Assembly: GCF_004010195.1 (NCBI RefSeq)
Contig: NC_057718.1
Coordinates: forward strand, 15,039,992 to 15,103,991
Length of the DNA: 64,000 nt
DNA from: Chiloscyllium plagiosum
Lineage: Eukaryota
Direction of reading: 5' to 3'
Notes under the pieces: generated by a model
What the model saw: the letters and a program-made list of their open reading frames with translations, nothing else
What the model was told of the DNA's origin: nothing
The model's database searches: none
Shown here: positions 24,905-37,667 of the stretch, piece by piece
Layout of the letters: each line of letters starts with the position of its first letter
Position numbering within the stretch: position 1 is the stretch's first letter
Program-made: the position numbers and the translations under genes

Positions 24905-25078
24905 ACATGCACACAAATAGAGACAGACACACAATCACACAGACACTCACAGGGTCACATATACACACAGACACTCACAGGGTCATATATACACACACAC
25001 ACACACACAATCTCAGTCTATCACACATAGTCGCATCCACAACTACAAGTATACACGTGTGCACGCGCGCACACACTA
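24905..25078. repeat. (CA)n-rich simple repeat
   Basis: Directly visible. Confidence 0.85.
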
Positions 25079-25435
25079 TACTAACAGCTCATTGTCTTCG
25101 CCTGGCATCTGCAGACGTACATCATTCACTGGTGGGTGGATATTTTCAGACAGGAGTAATAATTCACTCACTTCAATGTACATACATCCTGAACCTAACT
25201 TCTCCCACACTGTTCCTGCTGACTGCTTAAAATAAAACTATCGTCTCAGTTACACATAGTGAGGCCACCAACATAGACATGCACGTACATAATACAATCC
25301 AAGCTGCTTTTGCAGCATTGTATAAGTTTTTTTTAACAGATAGCTTACAGATACAGAAAAGCACTCTTTCCATTAAGCAGCTTTATAAAGAGGGCAAACT
25401 TCCAACACCTTCCCTGACAGTAGTTCGAGCAGAAG

Positions 25436-25668
25436 AACAGAAATTGATGGAGAAGCTCAGCAGGTCTGGCAGCATCTGTGGGAAGAACGCAGAGTTGCCG
25501 TTTCGAGTCCAGTGACTTTTCATCTGAACTGCCAGTTCTGATGAACAGCCATCAGACCCAACATTAATTCTGCTTTCTTCCCACAAATGCTGCCAGACCT
25601 GCTGAGCATCTCCATCAATTTCTGTGTTTGTTATAGATTCCATAATCCGTAGTCCTTTGTTTTATTTT
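25436..25668. mobile_element. PLE family D palindromic mini-element centred on gaactg-c-cagttc (~25525-25537)
   Basis: acagaaattgatggagaagctcagcaggtctggcagcat ... atgctgccagacctgctgagcatctccatcaatttctgt are reverse complements. Confidence 0.85.
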
Positions 25669-25984
25669 AGCAGTTAGTAGAGGATTGGTCTTCCAAAACA
25701 GACTGATAAAATGAAAGTCATGGCCAAGGTAGCAAGAGGTTAATGGATCTCCACTGACACTCCACAATCCCAGGGTGAACAAATAGACACATATCAATGT
25801 TATGAGGCTGAGCCTGGGTTTATATTACAGGTCACATTCTGAGCAGGAGAATGCCCTTACAACGTTTCAGTCTGCACTTTCCCAGGTCATAATGAGCCAG
25901 GCGTAGAACTAAACTGCAATGGTTTGCCACTACAGGCAATGAATTAATTCTGGATAGCAACTATTGTAGGGTGTGAAATACAGC

Positions 25985-26130
25985 AGCCAGTTGGTGCACA
26001 GCAAGCTCAAACAAACAGCAACAAGATGATAATCAAATGAAATTTGATGTCGTTTGAGAGATAAATATTGGCCAAGACACCAAGGTTAATTCCACAGCAC
26101 TTATTCAAAATATCACCCGCGGAAGAATTA
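25985..26130 (-). mobile_element. DeuSINE-like fragment
   Basis: gcagccagttggtgcacagcaagctc..aaacagcaa...gataaatattggccaagacacc. Confidence 0.55.
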
Positions 26131-26454
26131 AACTGGCAATATCCATCATCTTGTTTCACAGGTAACCTTTCAAAGAATTCAGTTAATGGATGATGATGTG
26201 GGTGGCAAGCCCAGTATTTATTGCCCATTCCCAATTACCCTCAAGAAAGTGGCAATGAGCTGCCGTCTTCGATCAGGGCTTTCCCAGACCCTTTGGGATG
26301 GGGTCAGAGGCCAAGGCAGTTGGCGAATAACACAGGAAGACATATTCCCATCACAACACAATTTTGCCAGTAGTGGGCAGCCTGCTCAACAAGAACCCAA
26401 CTGGGCCACTTAAGAAATTTGCTTGGCAATTTCAAAAAGGCAGTTAAGAACGGT

Positions 26455-29400
26455 AGAGTCACAGAGATGTACAGCATGGAAACAGACCCTTCGGTCCAAC
26501 CTGTCCATGCTGACCAGATATGCTAACCCAATCTAGTCCCACCTGCCAGCACCCGGCTAATATTCCTCCAAACCCTTTCTATTCATATACACATGCAAAC
26601 GCCTCTTAAATGTTGCAATTGTACTAACCTCCACCGGTAGCCGACTAGATATGCCAACCCAATCTAGTCCCACTTGCCAGCACCCGGCCCATATCCCTCC
26701 AAATCCTTTCTATTCATATACACATGCAAATGCCTCTTAAATGTTGCAATTGTACTAGCCTCCACCACTTCCTCTGGCAGCTCATTCCATGCATGAAAAA
26801 GTTGCCTCTTAGGTCTCTTTTATATCTTTCCCCTCTCACACTAAACCTATGCCCTCTCGTTCTGGACTTCCCAACTCCAGGGAAAACACTTTGCCTATGT
26901 ACCCCATCCATGCCCCTCATAATTTTGTAAACCTCTATAAGGTTACCCCTCAGCCTCCGACGCTCCAGGGAAAATAGCCCCAGCCTGTTCAGCCTCTCCC
27001 TGTGGCTCAAATCCTCCAACCCTGGCAACATCCTTGGAAATCTTTTCTGAACCCTTTCAAGTTTCACAACATCTTTCCAACAGGAAGGAGACCAGAATTG
27101 TCCGTAATATACCAACAGTGGCCGAACCAATGTCCTGTACAGCCACAACATGACCTCCCAACTCCTGAAATCAATACTCTGACCAATAAAGGAAAGCATA
27201 CCTGCTTCACTATTCTATCTACTTGCGACTCCACTTTCAAGGAGCTATGAACCTCCACTCCAAGGTCTCTTTGTTCAGCAACACTCCCTGGGACCTTACC
27301 ACAAAGTGTATAAGTCCTGCAAAGATTTGCTTTCCCAAAATGCAGCACCTCGCATTTATCTGAATTAAACTCCATCTGCCACTTCTCAGCCCATTGGCCA
27401 TCTGGTCAAGATCCTGTTGTAATCTGTGGTAACCCTCTTCGCTGTCCACTACACCTCCAATTTTGGNNNNNNNNNNNNNNNNNNNNNNNNNNNNNNNNNN
27501 NNNNNNNNNNNNNNNNNNNNNNNNNNNNNNNNNNNNNNNNNNNNNNNNNNNNNNNNNNNNNNNNNNNNNNNNNNNNNNNNNNNNNNNNNNNNNNNNNNNN
27601 NNNNNNNNNNNNNNNNNNNNNNNNNNNNNNNNNNNNNNNNNNNNNNNNNNNNNNNNNNNNNNNNNNNNNNNNNNNNNNNNNNNNNNNNNNNNNNNNNNNN
27701 NNNNNNNNNNNNNNNNNNNNNNNNNNNNNNNNNNNNNNNNNNNNNNNNNNNNNNNNNNNNNNNNNNNNNNNNNNNNNNNNNNNNNNNNNNNNNNNNNNNN
27801 NNNNNNNNNNNNNNNNNNNNNNNNNNNNNNNNNNNNNNNNNNNNNNNNNNNNNNNNNNNNNNNNNNNNNNNNNNNNNNNNNNNNNNNNNNNNNNNNNNNN
27901 NNNNNNNNNNNNNNNNNNNNNNNNNNNNNNNNNNNNNNNNNNNNNNNNNNNNNNNNNNNNNNNNNNNNNNNNNNNNNNNNNNNNNNNNNNNNNNNNNNNN
28001 NNNNNNNNNNNNNCGCCTTGCTGATCTTTGAGGGGCCCTATTCTCTCCCTAGTTACCCTTTTGTCCTTAATATATTTGTAAAAACTCTTTGGATTCTCCT
28101 TAATTCTATTTGCCAAAGCTATCTAATGTCCCTGTTTTGCCCTCCTGATTTCCCTCTTAAGTATACTCCTACTTCCTTTATACTCTTCTAAGGATTCACT
28201 CAATCTATCCTGTCTATACCTTACATATGATTCCTTCTTTTTCATAACCAGACCCTCAATGTCTTTAGTCATCCAGCATTCCCTATACCTACCAGCCTTT
28301 CCTTTCACCCTAACAGGAATATATTTTCTCTGGATTCTCGTTATCTCATTTCTGAAGGCTTCCCATTTTCCAGCCTTCCTTTACCTACAAACATCTGCCC
28401 CCAATCAGCTTTTGAAAGTTCTTGCCTAATACTGTCAAAATTGGCCTTTCCCCAATTTAAACCTTCAACTTTTAGATCTGGTCTATCCTTTTCCATCACT
28501 ATAGAATTATGGTCGCTGGCCCCACAGTGCTCCCCCACTGACTCCTCAGTCACCGGCCCTGCCTTAATTCCCAAGAGTAAGTCAAGTTTTGCACCTTCTC
28601 TCGTAGGCACATCCACATACTGAATCAGAAAATTGTCTTGTACACACTGAACAAATTCCTCTCCATCTAAACCCCTTAACACTATGGCAGTCCCAGTCTA
28701 TGTTTGGAAAGTTAAAATCCCCTAAATTGTGGGCGGCACAGTGGTTAGCACTGCTACCTCACAGCGCCAGAGACCCGGGTTCAATTCCCGCCTCAGTATC
28801 TCCCCCATTTTCTGACTGACTGTGTGGAGTTTGCACATTCTCCCCGTGTCTGTGTGGGTTTCCTCCGGGTGCTCCGGTTTCCTCCCACAGTCCAAAAATG
28901 TGCAGGTTAGGTGAACTGACCATGCTAAATTGCCTGTAGGGGAAGGGGTAAATGTAGGGGAATGGGTGTGGGTGGGTTGCGCTTCGGCGGGTGAATGTGG
29001 ACTTGTGGGCCGAAGGGCTGTTTCCACACTGTAAGTAATCTAATCTAATCATAACCACCCTATTATTCTTACAGATAGCTGAGACCTCCTTACAAGTTTG
29101 TTTCTCAATTTCCCCCTGACTATTAGGGGGTACATAGTACAATCCCAATAAGGTGATCATCCCTTTCATATTTCTCACTTCCACCCAAATAACTTCCCTG
29201 GATGTATTTCCGGGAATATCCTCCCTCAGCACAGCTGTAATGCTATCCCTTATCAAAAATGCACCCCCCCCCCCACCCTTGCCTCCCTTTCTATCATTCC
29301 TGTAGCATTTATATCCTGAAATATGAAGCTGCCAGTCCTGCCCATCCCTGAGCCATGTTTCTGCAATTGCTATGAAATCCCAGTCCCATGTTCCTAACCA

Positions 29401-30165
29401 TGCCATGAGTTCATCTGCCTTCCCTGTTAGATCCCTTGCATTGAAATAAATGCAGTTTAATTTATTAGTCCTACCTTGTCCCTGACTGTTTGACTCGCTT
29501 TTGTTCTCAACTGTACCAGTCTCAGATTGATCTCTTTCCTCACTATCTCCCCTCGGTCCCCCCCCCACCTTACCAGTCTAAATCCTCCCGAGTAGCTCTA
29601 GCAAATCTCCCCAGCCAGTATATTAGTCTCCTTCCAATTTAGGTGCAATCTGTCCTTCTTGTACAGGTCACTTCTACCCCAAAAGAGATTCCAATGATCC
29701 AAATGTGAATCCTTCTCCCATACACCAGCTCCTCAGCTATGCATTCATCTGCTCTATCCTTTCCTCTATTCCTGCCCTCACTAACTCGTAGCACCGGGGG
29801 TAATCCAGATATTACTACTTTCGAGGACCTCCTTTTTAAATTTCTGCCGAACTCTCTGTAATCTCCCTTCAGAATCTCAACCTTTTCACTTCCTACGTCA
29901 TCAGTTCCAATGTGGACAATAATCTCTTGCTGGCCCCTCTCCCCCGTGAGAACATTCTGCACCCTCTCTGAGACATCCTTGATCCTGGTACCAGGGAAGC
30001 AACACACCACTGCTTTTTCACTGCTGGCCACAGAAACGTCTATCTGTATATCGAACTAGAGAATCCCCCAACACAATTGATTGCTTGAAACCCAATGTAC
30101 GGCTCGTTGCATAGGAGCCAGTCTCAATACCAGAAACTTGGCTGTTCCTGCTACGTTCCCCCAAC
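26455..30165 (-). mobile_element. Long but disabled HER1/CR1 LINE: ORF1 SGNH esterase (~29630-30030), ORF2 endonuclease (~28014-29470), RT C-terminus (~26714-27466) and 3' UTR; contains a 547-N gap (27467-28013) and an HE1 SINE
   Basis: ORF1 VVCCFPGTRIKDV...IVHIGTDDVG...VVISGLPPV. EN CIYFNAR...IAIAETWL...YRNDR...GLYY.PP...LDLLL...SDHN. RT WQMEFNSDKCEVLHFG...RDLGV. Stops and frameshifts present. Confidence 0.93.
28731..29050 (+). mobile_element. HE1-type V-SINE inserted into the LINE endonuclease region
   Basis: A/B boxes, V-domain and (AATCT)n tail. Interrupts ...NRVVM|..GDFNFP. Confidence 0.92.
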
Positions 30166-30227
30166 CACATTCCTCTGGGTCTGGGGTCGCACGTGGGCCC
30201 AAATCAAGTAAGGTCAGGACGGGCTGG

Positions 30228-30585
30228 ATTTGATTTGATTTATTATTGTCACACGTACCAAAATACAGTGAAAATATTCGTTTTGCGTGCTAACCAGACA
30301 ATTCATACCTTATATAAGTAAATCAGGTAATAGAGCAGACTGCAGAACATAGTGTTACAGCTACAGAAAAGGTGCAGAGAACGATCCACTCTAATATATG
30401 AGAGATCTGTTCATAAGTCTGATAACAGCAGGAAAGAAGCTGTTCTTGAATCTGTTGGTATGTGTTTTCAAACTTTTGTATCTTCTGCCCAATGGAAGAG
30501 GGTGGAAGAGAGTTATAACTGGGGCGGGAGGGGTCTATGATTATGTTGGCTGCTTTCCCGAGGCAACACAGACAGAGTCAATGGA
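30228..30585 (-). mobile_element. Rex1/Babar-clade LINE 3' end
   Basis: Reverse PLPLGRRYKSLKTHTNRFKNSFFPAVIRLMN, paralleling 61620-61715. Tail aataaatcaaatcaaatc. Confidence 0.75.
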
Positions 30586-31564
30586 AGAATGTTACACGTG
30601 GGGTGTGTTTTTGGTAAGGGGGCACATAAAATAGGGCAAATGGCCAGTCCAACACCTTCCCACCTACCCCTCTGCTCATCCTGAAAGTACAGAGAGATGG
30701 TAAGTCAGAATAGACAGGGTTTATTTCACAATTTGTAAAACAATGGGAAGAAAGTTATAGGGTGTCCTGTGCCTACCAGGAGAACCTCACTTCTCTGCCA
30801 AAGTGGAATGAGTCCGTGACAGACAAAGTCTTCGGGAGTCAAGAGAACATGTGTAAACTTAGCTGCAGTGATTGCAATGAGAGTTCAAATCAAAACTACA
30901 TGAGTCATTTGTTTCCAAGTTACTCAAGGCATTTATACTCTTGGGATTGCTATTTCACAACAAACCCCTTTAGATCTCATTTAGAAAAAAAGACAAAGAG
31001 AATTAAATTTTTGAAAACATGAACAACAGATATAATGACAAGACATTAACCATCCAAAAGAGATACAGAGGTGAACTGAAGCAGTTGAAAATTCACAACA
31101 CTGAAAGTGAGGAACAAAGAAAGAGACTGAACAAATGTGGCCACACAAGGAGAGATGTCTGGATCTCTCACATGTAGGAGGAGTTCAATTCACAGGAAGC
31201 TGAGTAACATGTGGCAATCACTCCACACAAAGTTACCAACACAGCCAATGTAAATCAGCTGCATGCACTCTCCTATTCCCCCACAAGACCATCAGCAGGC
31301 AGTAATACATTCATCACAGGTTTCCAAATTTCAACTTTTGACAAGAATGAGTTCAGGTGCAAGGATTTTGTTTTGCAAAATTAGGTAATGTTGATACCTG
31401 CTGGTGTGTCTACACCTCAATTAAAATCGAAGCCTCCACGATCACATTTTCTGCTGGGCTTGGTGTTCAAGGTTAATCCAGCAGTTTAATTCGGTGTGAT
31501 TTCTCTATCCATGAGTGGTCAGGGCTGGCATGAAGAATGACTACTCATCCTCTCTTAGAAAATA

Positions 31565-32115
31565 CTTTTTAACACTCCTTCACAGGATGTGGACGTCACT
31601 GGCTGAACCAGCATTCACAGCCCATCCTTAATTACCCAGTGAGCAATTTAGAGTCACGTCAACCAATGCTGTAGATGCTGGAGATTAGAGTCCAGAGTGC
31701 AGTGCTGGAAAAGCACAGCAGGTCAGGCAGCATCTGAGGAACAGGACAGGGTCGACGTTTTGGGCAAAAAGCCCTTCATCAGGTTCAATCTCCTGTGGCA
31801 GACACCTGATGAAAGGCTTCTGCCCGACTCTCCTACTCCTTGGATAGTGCCTAACTTGCTGTGCTTTTCCAGCACCATAATGCTGTGGGTCTAGAGTCAT
31901 ATGTAAGCTAGACTAGGTAAGGATGGGAGATTTCCTTCACTGAAGGACATTACTGAACCAGACAGGTTTTGCCAACAATTGACAATGTCATAAGACTCTT
32001 AACTGATTTCTTTTACATTGAATTCAAATTCCACCATCTGCCATGGTAGGATTCTAACTCAGGTCCCCAGATCATTACCTGGGTCTGGATTAAGAGAACG
32101 GCATTAATACCACTA
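31565..32115 (-). mobile_element. tRNA-derived SINE (third family) carrying a nested PLE family B palindrome (~31672-31878)
   Basis: Host is colinear with the reverse of 58225-58565. Nested arms gtgctggaaaagcacagca...gcccttcatcaggt / acctgatgaaaggc...tgctgtgcttttccagcac, flanked by aatgctgt on both sides. Confidence 0.8.
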
Positions 32116-32289
32116 CATTAAGATGGAGGTGGATGCTAGTTATCGTAGTTGTTTTCTTGGTTTATGTGGTGTAGAATGATGGCAATGGGCCAAATTCAAT
32201 CTCCTGTGGCAGTTTTGGTATCTGCCATCAGCTGTGGCAGATCTTTGAGGCTTGCCCCAATCACCTCACCCTCACCTCCTCACAAGCTA

Positions 32290-32490
32290 TGGGCATCACC
32301 AAAGTACACTGCTTTCAATGAAGCACTTTTAAAAAGGACAATATGGCAGCCAAATTGCACACACAGCAAGATACCATAAACAGAAATATGATGATAAGCA
32401 GACAATCTGCTTTTGTGATTTGGACTGAAGGATAAATTTTCAGTCCAGAGTTTCCTGTGTTTTTCAAACAGAGCCACGGAATCATCTTTC
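32290..32490 (-). mobile_element. DeuSINE-like fragment
   Basis: atggcagccaaattgcacacacagcaagataccataaacagaaat...gataaatttt. Confidence 0.55.
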
Positions 32491-32859
32491 CCCAACTATG
32501 TTTCCATCAATTTTCCTTTTTATCCTCATTTTCAACATCATTTCAAGAATTTTGCTGTTTATTCCAACCAAGGTCTCTGTTTTTAAACCCTTAGCAAGTT
32601 TTAACATCTCAATTGGATGTTTGTCTATGGGTGTTTAGAATGATCACTGGGAAGCAAAGCAACTCATTCCAAATGCCTTAAATTCTGATCTCCTATGGAG
32701 TGATTGGGTCATATCAGATTGGTTACATACACAATGCACAAAAAATCAAAAACAGCAAAAAATAACATTAACTCAAAAGCAACCACAAATGGGAAGTTAT
32801 TACTGACAAAAATCAGCTAACACATTGCAGAAGTTGAGAACAGGGGTGGACGATGGGGG

Positions 32860-33200
32860 TAAAATCATTGGGCTAGTAATGCCCAGACTAATACTCTGAG
32901 GTTGCATATTCAAATCCCACCACAGCAGCTGACGTAATTAAATTCAATTAATGCAATCTGGAATTGAAAGTTAGTCATGGTGATAATGTCGTGTTAAACC
33001 CATCTGGTTCATTACCAAGGAACACAGGGAAGAAAACCTGCCACCCATGCCCAGTGTGGCCTAACTGCGATTCCAGATTCTTAGTAACATGATCAACTCT
33101 GAGCCGTCCTTCAATTCAAGGACCATTAGAGATGGACAAATTCCTCAAATGCTCATCTTGCCAGTGCCACCAACGTCCCACCGAAGCATAAAGAAAAAAA
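32860..33200 (+). mobile_element. tRNA-derived SINE (third family), degraded
   Basis: ctagtaatgcccagactaatactctg...ttcaaatcccacc...aaacccatctggttca... Confidence 0.65.
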
Positions 33201-33374
33201 ATATTGTTAACCATTCAGCTCCTTGAGCCAGCCTCACCTTTATTTAAAGAATGCATCACAACCCCATCTACCGAACTTGGTTCTCTAAAACGTGTACCTA
33301 TATAATAAAAATCAATCAGTTTTCAAAAAGCATCGCCTCCAAACCTTGATAAAAGGTCTGTACTAAAAAGTCCA

Positions 33375-33785
33375 GACAGCAGAAATCTAAAATTAAAATA
33401 GAAACCGCTGGAAATATTCAGCAGGTCAAGAGAAGTGAAGCAGAGATTAAGGCTGACATTTCTTCGTCAGAACTGAGGAAAGATAGACAATAATTTGTCT
33501 GAAAACAACATGGAGTGCTGATAAAATAAGTCAGTAATGACAGAACAAGAAAAAAGAAAACTATGAAACAGAATGGAGGGAGGGGTTCTGATCTTAAACT
33601 ATTAAACTCAGTCTTGAGCCCAGAGGGTTGCACAGGGCCAGTAGAAAGATGAAGTGTTGTTCAGTGAACTCACATCAACCTTCATTCGAACTCTACAGCA
33701 GGACAAGGACAGAATCATCAAAGTGGGAGAAAACCCTAAATAACCAATCAAACCTGCTGAGTATTTCCAACATTTTCTGTTTTTA
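33375..33785 (-). mobile_element. PLE family D remnants (degraded, partly inverted)
   Basis: atagaaaccgctggaaatattcagcaggtca; reverse QPSGLKTEFNSLR; + strand acctgctgagtatttccaacattttctgttttta. Confidence 0.6.
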
Positions 33786-33899
33786 AAAGCAAATCCCCAC
33801 ATATTTTGTCACATGGCACTGGCTTCAGCCTTGGTCATTCACAGCTCCTAATCTCCCTATAATCTATGCACTCCCTTTCTACGCACTCACCTCTTTATT

Positions 33900-34075
33900 G
33901 CTACCTTTGCTTCTGGAGCCATGACTCACCTTCTCTCAGCCTGGTATAAATATCTCCCTATTTCTCCCCTTTTTTTGGCTTTGACAAACGGTCATTTAGA
34001 CTTGAAACGTCAGCTCTTTTCTCTCCTTACAGATGCTGTCAGACCTGCTGAGCTTTACCAGCATTTTCTCTTTTA
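33900..34075 (+). mobile_element. PLE family D-related terminal repeat
   Basis: gtcatttagacttgaaacgtcagctcttttctctccttacagatgctgtcagacctgctgag, same subfamily as 34533-34792. Confidence 0.7.
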
Positions 34076-34379
34076 TTTTCTGTTCTTATGTCATCACCAC
34101 AGTTCCAAACGCTCAAAGATGCGTAGTAAAATATTTCTGTGGTTCAGTCAAGACTTTAAGCTGCAAACAGACACAGAACCCCATCACACTTTATCAATAA
34201 ATACTGAAACTCCAATAACTGATAATACTTTATTTAAATTCCACTTTGCTTACTTCACAATGAATGATGACTTACAGTGTGGGTCATTAAGTCAATAGAA
34301 ATTCTGCTTGACATACAGACTAGTAGGAACAAGGTTTTTGCTAAATTGCAGCTATCGACAGACACCACTCCAACTTTTT

Positions 34380-34960
34380 TTTTAATTTATTCATTCACTG
34401 GATGAGGACATCACTGGCTAGAATTCATTACCCATGCCCAGAGGGCTGTTAAGAATCAACCACATTGCTGTGTGACTCCAGACCAGCTAAGGATGGCAGC
34501 AACCTTCCCTAAAGGACATTAGTGAACCAAATAATAAAAGCAAATTACTGCGGATCCTGGAATCTGAAACCAAAAGGGAAAATGTTGGAAAATCTCAGCA
34601 GGTCTGGCAGCATCTGTAAGGAGAGAAAAGAGCTGACGTCAAAGGATCAGTTAGACTCGAAATGTCAGCTCTCTTCTGCATCTGTAAGGAGAGAAAAGAG
34701 CTGACGTCAAAGGATCAGTTAGACTCAAAATGTCAGCTCAAAAGAGAGATGCTGACAGACCTGCTGAGATCTTCCAGCATTTTCTCTTTTGGTTAGTGAA
34801 CCAAATTTTTTTTGGACCATCGGTTGTTATTAGAGACTCTTAATTCCGGATTTGTATTGAACTCAAATTCCATCATCTGTCGTAATGGGATTTGAACCTG
34901 GGTCCCCAGAACATTACCTGGATCCCTGGATTAACCAGTGATAATCCCGCTAGGCCATCA
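34380..34960 (-). mobile_element. tRNA-derived SINE (third family) with nested palindromic PLE mini-element 34533-34792
   Basis: Host is colinear with the reverse of 58225-58565. Perfect 14-bp TSD ttagtgaaccaaat at 34519-34532 and 34793-34806. Confidence 0.85.
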
Positions 34961-35104
34961 ACCCCCACCCCCCACCCCCATTGTCTATTGCTACACTTCA
35001 TTCAGTTTATTTGGCTGCAAAATATCCCAAGACCTGCTAAAGGCGCTGCTTCATTGCTTTAAGAACCACATTGTAAAGCAGATGAGAATCATTGACAGAT
35101 CTCG

Positions 35105-36372
35105 GTAACCGGGACCTTGGATTCATATCACACTACAGGTGACCTCGCTGCAACTACACACACACACAGACACCTGCACACACACTCTCATACAGGCCCA
35201 TACATTCACATGACCCTCTCTCATACACAAGCTCTCTCTCATACGATCACACATATACCCCCACACTCACACAAGCGCCCTCTCACAGACCTATACCCCT
35301 TTACACTCTCACTCACACACATACACAACACTCTCACAGACACACACACACACACACCCGCACACATGTATATATAAGCTTGTGGGGTGAATTTGTACTT
35401 GCAGAATTGCATTTTATTTTATTCAAAAACTGCATGAATCCATGTAAGATTCTGTAAATCCATTTTTTAAGATTAGAATCAGTCTGAACATTGTGGCATA
35501 GACAGTCTCATACAGGGCACCTCACATCTGAAACGCATTATCTGGGCCAACATGACACCAGTTGTTAAAGTTCACTTGAGAATATAACTTTAAAAAAGTT
35601 CTGCGATTTACATATGAAAGAAGATGTTGTGAAACTTGAAAGGGCTCAGAAAAGATTTACAAGGATGTTGCCAGGGTTGGAGGATTTGAGCTCTATGGAG
35701 AGGCTGAACAGGCTGGGGCTGTTTTCCCTGGAGTGCCGAAGACTGAGGGGTGACCTTATAGAGGTTTACAAAATTATGAGAGGCATGGATAGGATAAATA
35801 GACAAAGTCTTTTCCCTGGGGTCGGGGAGTCCAGAACTAGAGGGCATAGGTTTAGGGTGAGAGGGGAAAGATATAAAAGAGACCTACGGGGTAACTTTTT
35901 CACACAGAGGATGGTACGTGTATGGAATGAGCTGCCAGAGGAAGTGGTGGAGGCTGGTACAATTGCAACATTTAAAAGGCACGTGGATGGGTATATGAAT
36001 AGGAAGGGTTTGAAGGGAGATGGGCCAGGTGCTGGCAGGTGGGACTAGATTGGGTTGGGATATCTGGTCAGCATGGACGGGTTGGACCGAAGGGTCTCTA
36101 TGACTCGATAACTGAAACCAACATGTTCATTCTAAAAGATGAGAGACTTAACAAACAATCCAGGTCTTTTTCAGTATATAATTTCAGTTGCATCACACTG
36201 TAAACTTTTGCTATAAATTCTAATTCTTATAATTTTATTCTCCACAACCACCTGATGAAGGCGCAGCACTCCGAAAGCTAGTACTTCCAAATAAACCTGT
36301 TGGACTATAACCTGATGTTGTGTGATTTTTAACTTTGTACACCCCAGTCCAAAACCGGCATCTCCAAATCTC
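35105..36372 (+). mobile_element. PLE family C 3' end (ORF end NRDLGFISHYR*, CA-rich tract, terminal repeat with hammerhead remnant at 36249-36283), split by a HER1 LINE
   Basis: aaccgggaccttggattcatatcacactacaggtga; cac-CTGATGA-aggcgcagcactcc-GAAAG-CTA-gta. Confidence 0.7.
35617..36108 (+). mobile_element. HER1/CR1 LINE 3' fragment (young, open frame)
   Basis: DVVKLERAQKRFTRMLPGL...RGDLIEVYKIMRG...TRGHRFRVRG...GAGRWD*, then 3' UTR. Confidence 0.92.
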
Positions 36373-36861
36373 AGTAACCCAAAGCTGTCATGGAGCTCAA
36401 ATGGAGCCCATTTTTATGAGCTGTTTTCCCCTTTCCTCAAGTTATATAGAGCCAACTGGCTCACACCCTTTTCTCTCCAAAGAAGAAGAGAGATGTTTTG
36501 ATGGAAAGGTTCTTTTATGGTGTATGGCTAACTACGCTCACTCTCACTGAACATTCCTGGGTGAGATACAGCAGCATCACAATTATTAGTTTTCCATAGA
36601 TGCTTTAAAAACTGGTGAATGACAACAACAAAAAAATTATACACCGCTCCTCAAGAACTGACGCTTTATCTTGGGCTGCATTCACACCCAACAAGAAATG
36701 GGCAGAATGGAGATAAATCTATAATTTCTCTTATTAATCTGTCCATAATAAACTATTGTTCATTGGAGCTTGCTGTGCAATAATTGGCAGTCATGTTTCC
36801 AAAAAACAACTGAAAAAACACTTCAAACATAATTAATTGGCTGCAAAACATGTTGAGGCAA

Positions 36862-37667
36862 ATTAAATTTAGATAAATGTGAGATGCTGCATTTTGGAAA
36901 GGCAAATCAGGGCAGGACTTAGACACTTGATGGTAAAGTCCTGGGGAGTGTTGCTGAACAAAGAGACCTTGGAGTGCAGGTTCATAGTTCCCTGAAAGTG
37001 GAATCTCAGGTGTATAGGATAGTGAAGAAGGCATTTGGTATGCTTTCCTTTATTGGTCAGAGTTTTGAGTTTGGGAGGTTATGTTGCAGCTATACAGGAC
37101 ATTGGTTAGGCCAGTTTGGAATATTGTGTGAAATCCTGGTCTCCCTCCTATAGGAAGGATGTTGTGAAACTTGACAGAGTTCAGAGGAGATTTACAAGGA
37201 CGTTGCCAGGGTTGGAAGGTTTTGAGCTATAGGAAGAGGCTGAATAGGCTGGGGCTGTTTTCCCTGGAGCGTCAGAGGCTGAGGGGTGACCTTATAGAGG
37301 TTTATAAAATCATGAGGGCCATGGATAGGGTAAATAAACAAGGTCTTTTCCCTGGGATAGGGGAGTCCAGAACAAGAGGGCATAGGGTAGGATGAGAGGG
37401 GAAACATTTAAAAGAACCTAAGAGGCAACCTTTTCACACAGAGGGTGGTACGTGTATGGAATGAGCTGCCAGAGGAAGTGGTGGAGGCTGGTACAATTGC
37501 AACATTTAAAAGGCATCTGGATGGATATATGAATAAGAAGGTTTAGAGAGATATGGGCCAAGTGCTGGCAAATGGGACTAAACTAATTTAGGATATCTAG
37601 TCAGCATGGATGAGTTGGATCAAAGGGTCAGTTTCAATGCTGCGCTTCTCTATGACTATGACTCTAT
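36862..37667 (+). mobile_element. HER1/CR1 LINE 3' fragment (~800 bp)
   Basis: DKCEMLHFGKANQG...QRDLGVQVHSSLKVESQ... and tail ctatgactatgactctat. Confidence 0.92.

Noticed and set aside
27406..28191. Long ORFs of 201-242 aa in the track
   Set aside because: Artefacts of reading through the 547-N gap within a LINE.
28759..29568. 269-aa minus-strand ORF as a novel gene
   Set aside because: It is LINE endonuclease sequence reading into an antisense HE1 SINE, a chance chimera.
34610..34739. CRISPR-like or retrozyme tandem array
   Set aside because: Only two units, no unique spacers, vertebrate context, and no intact hammerhead core in the repeated unit.
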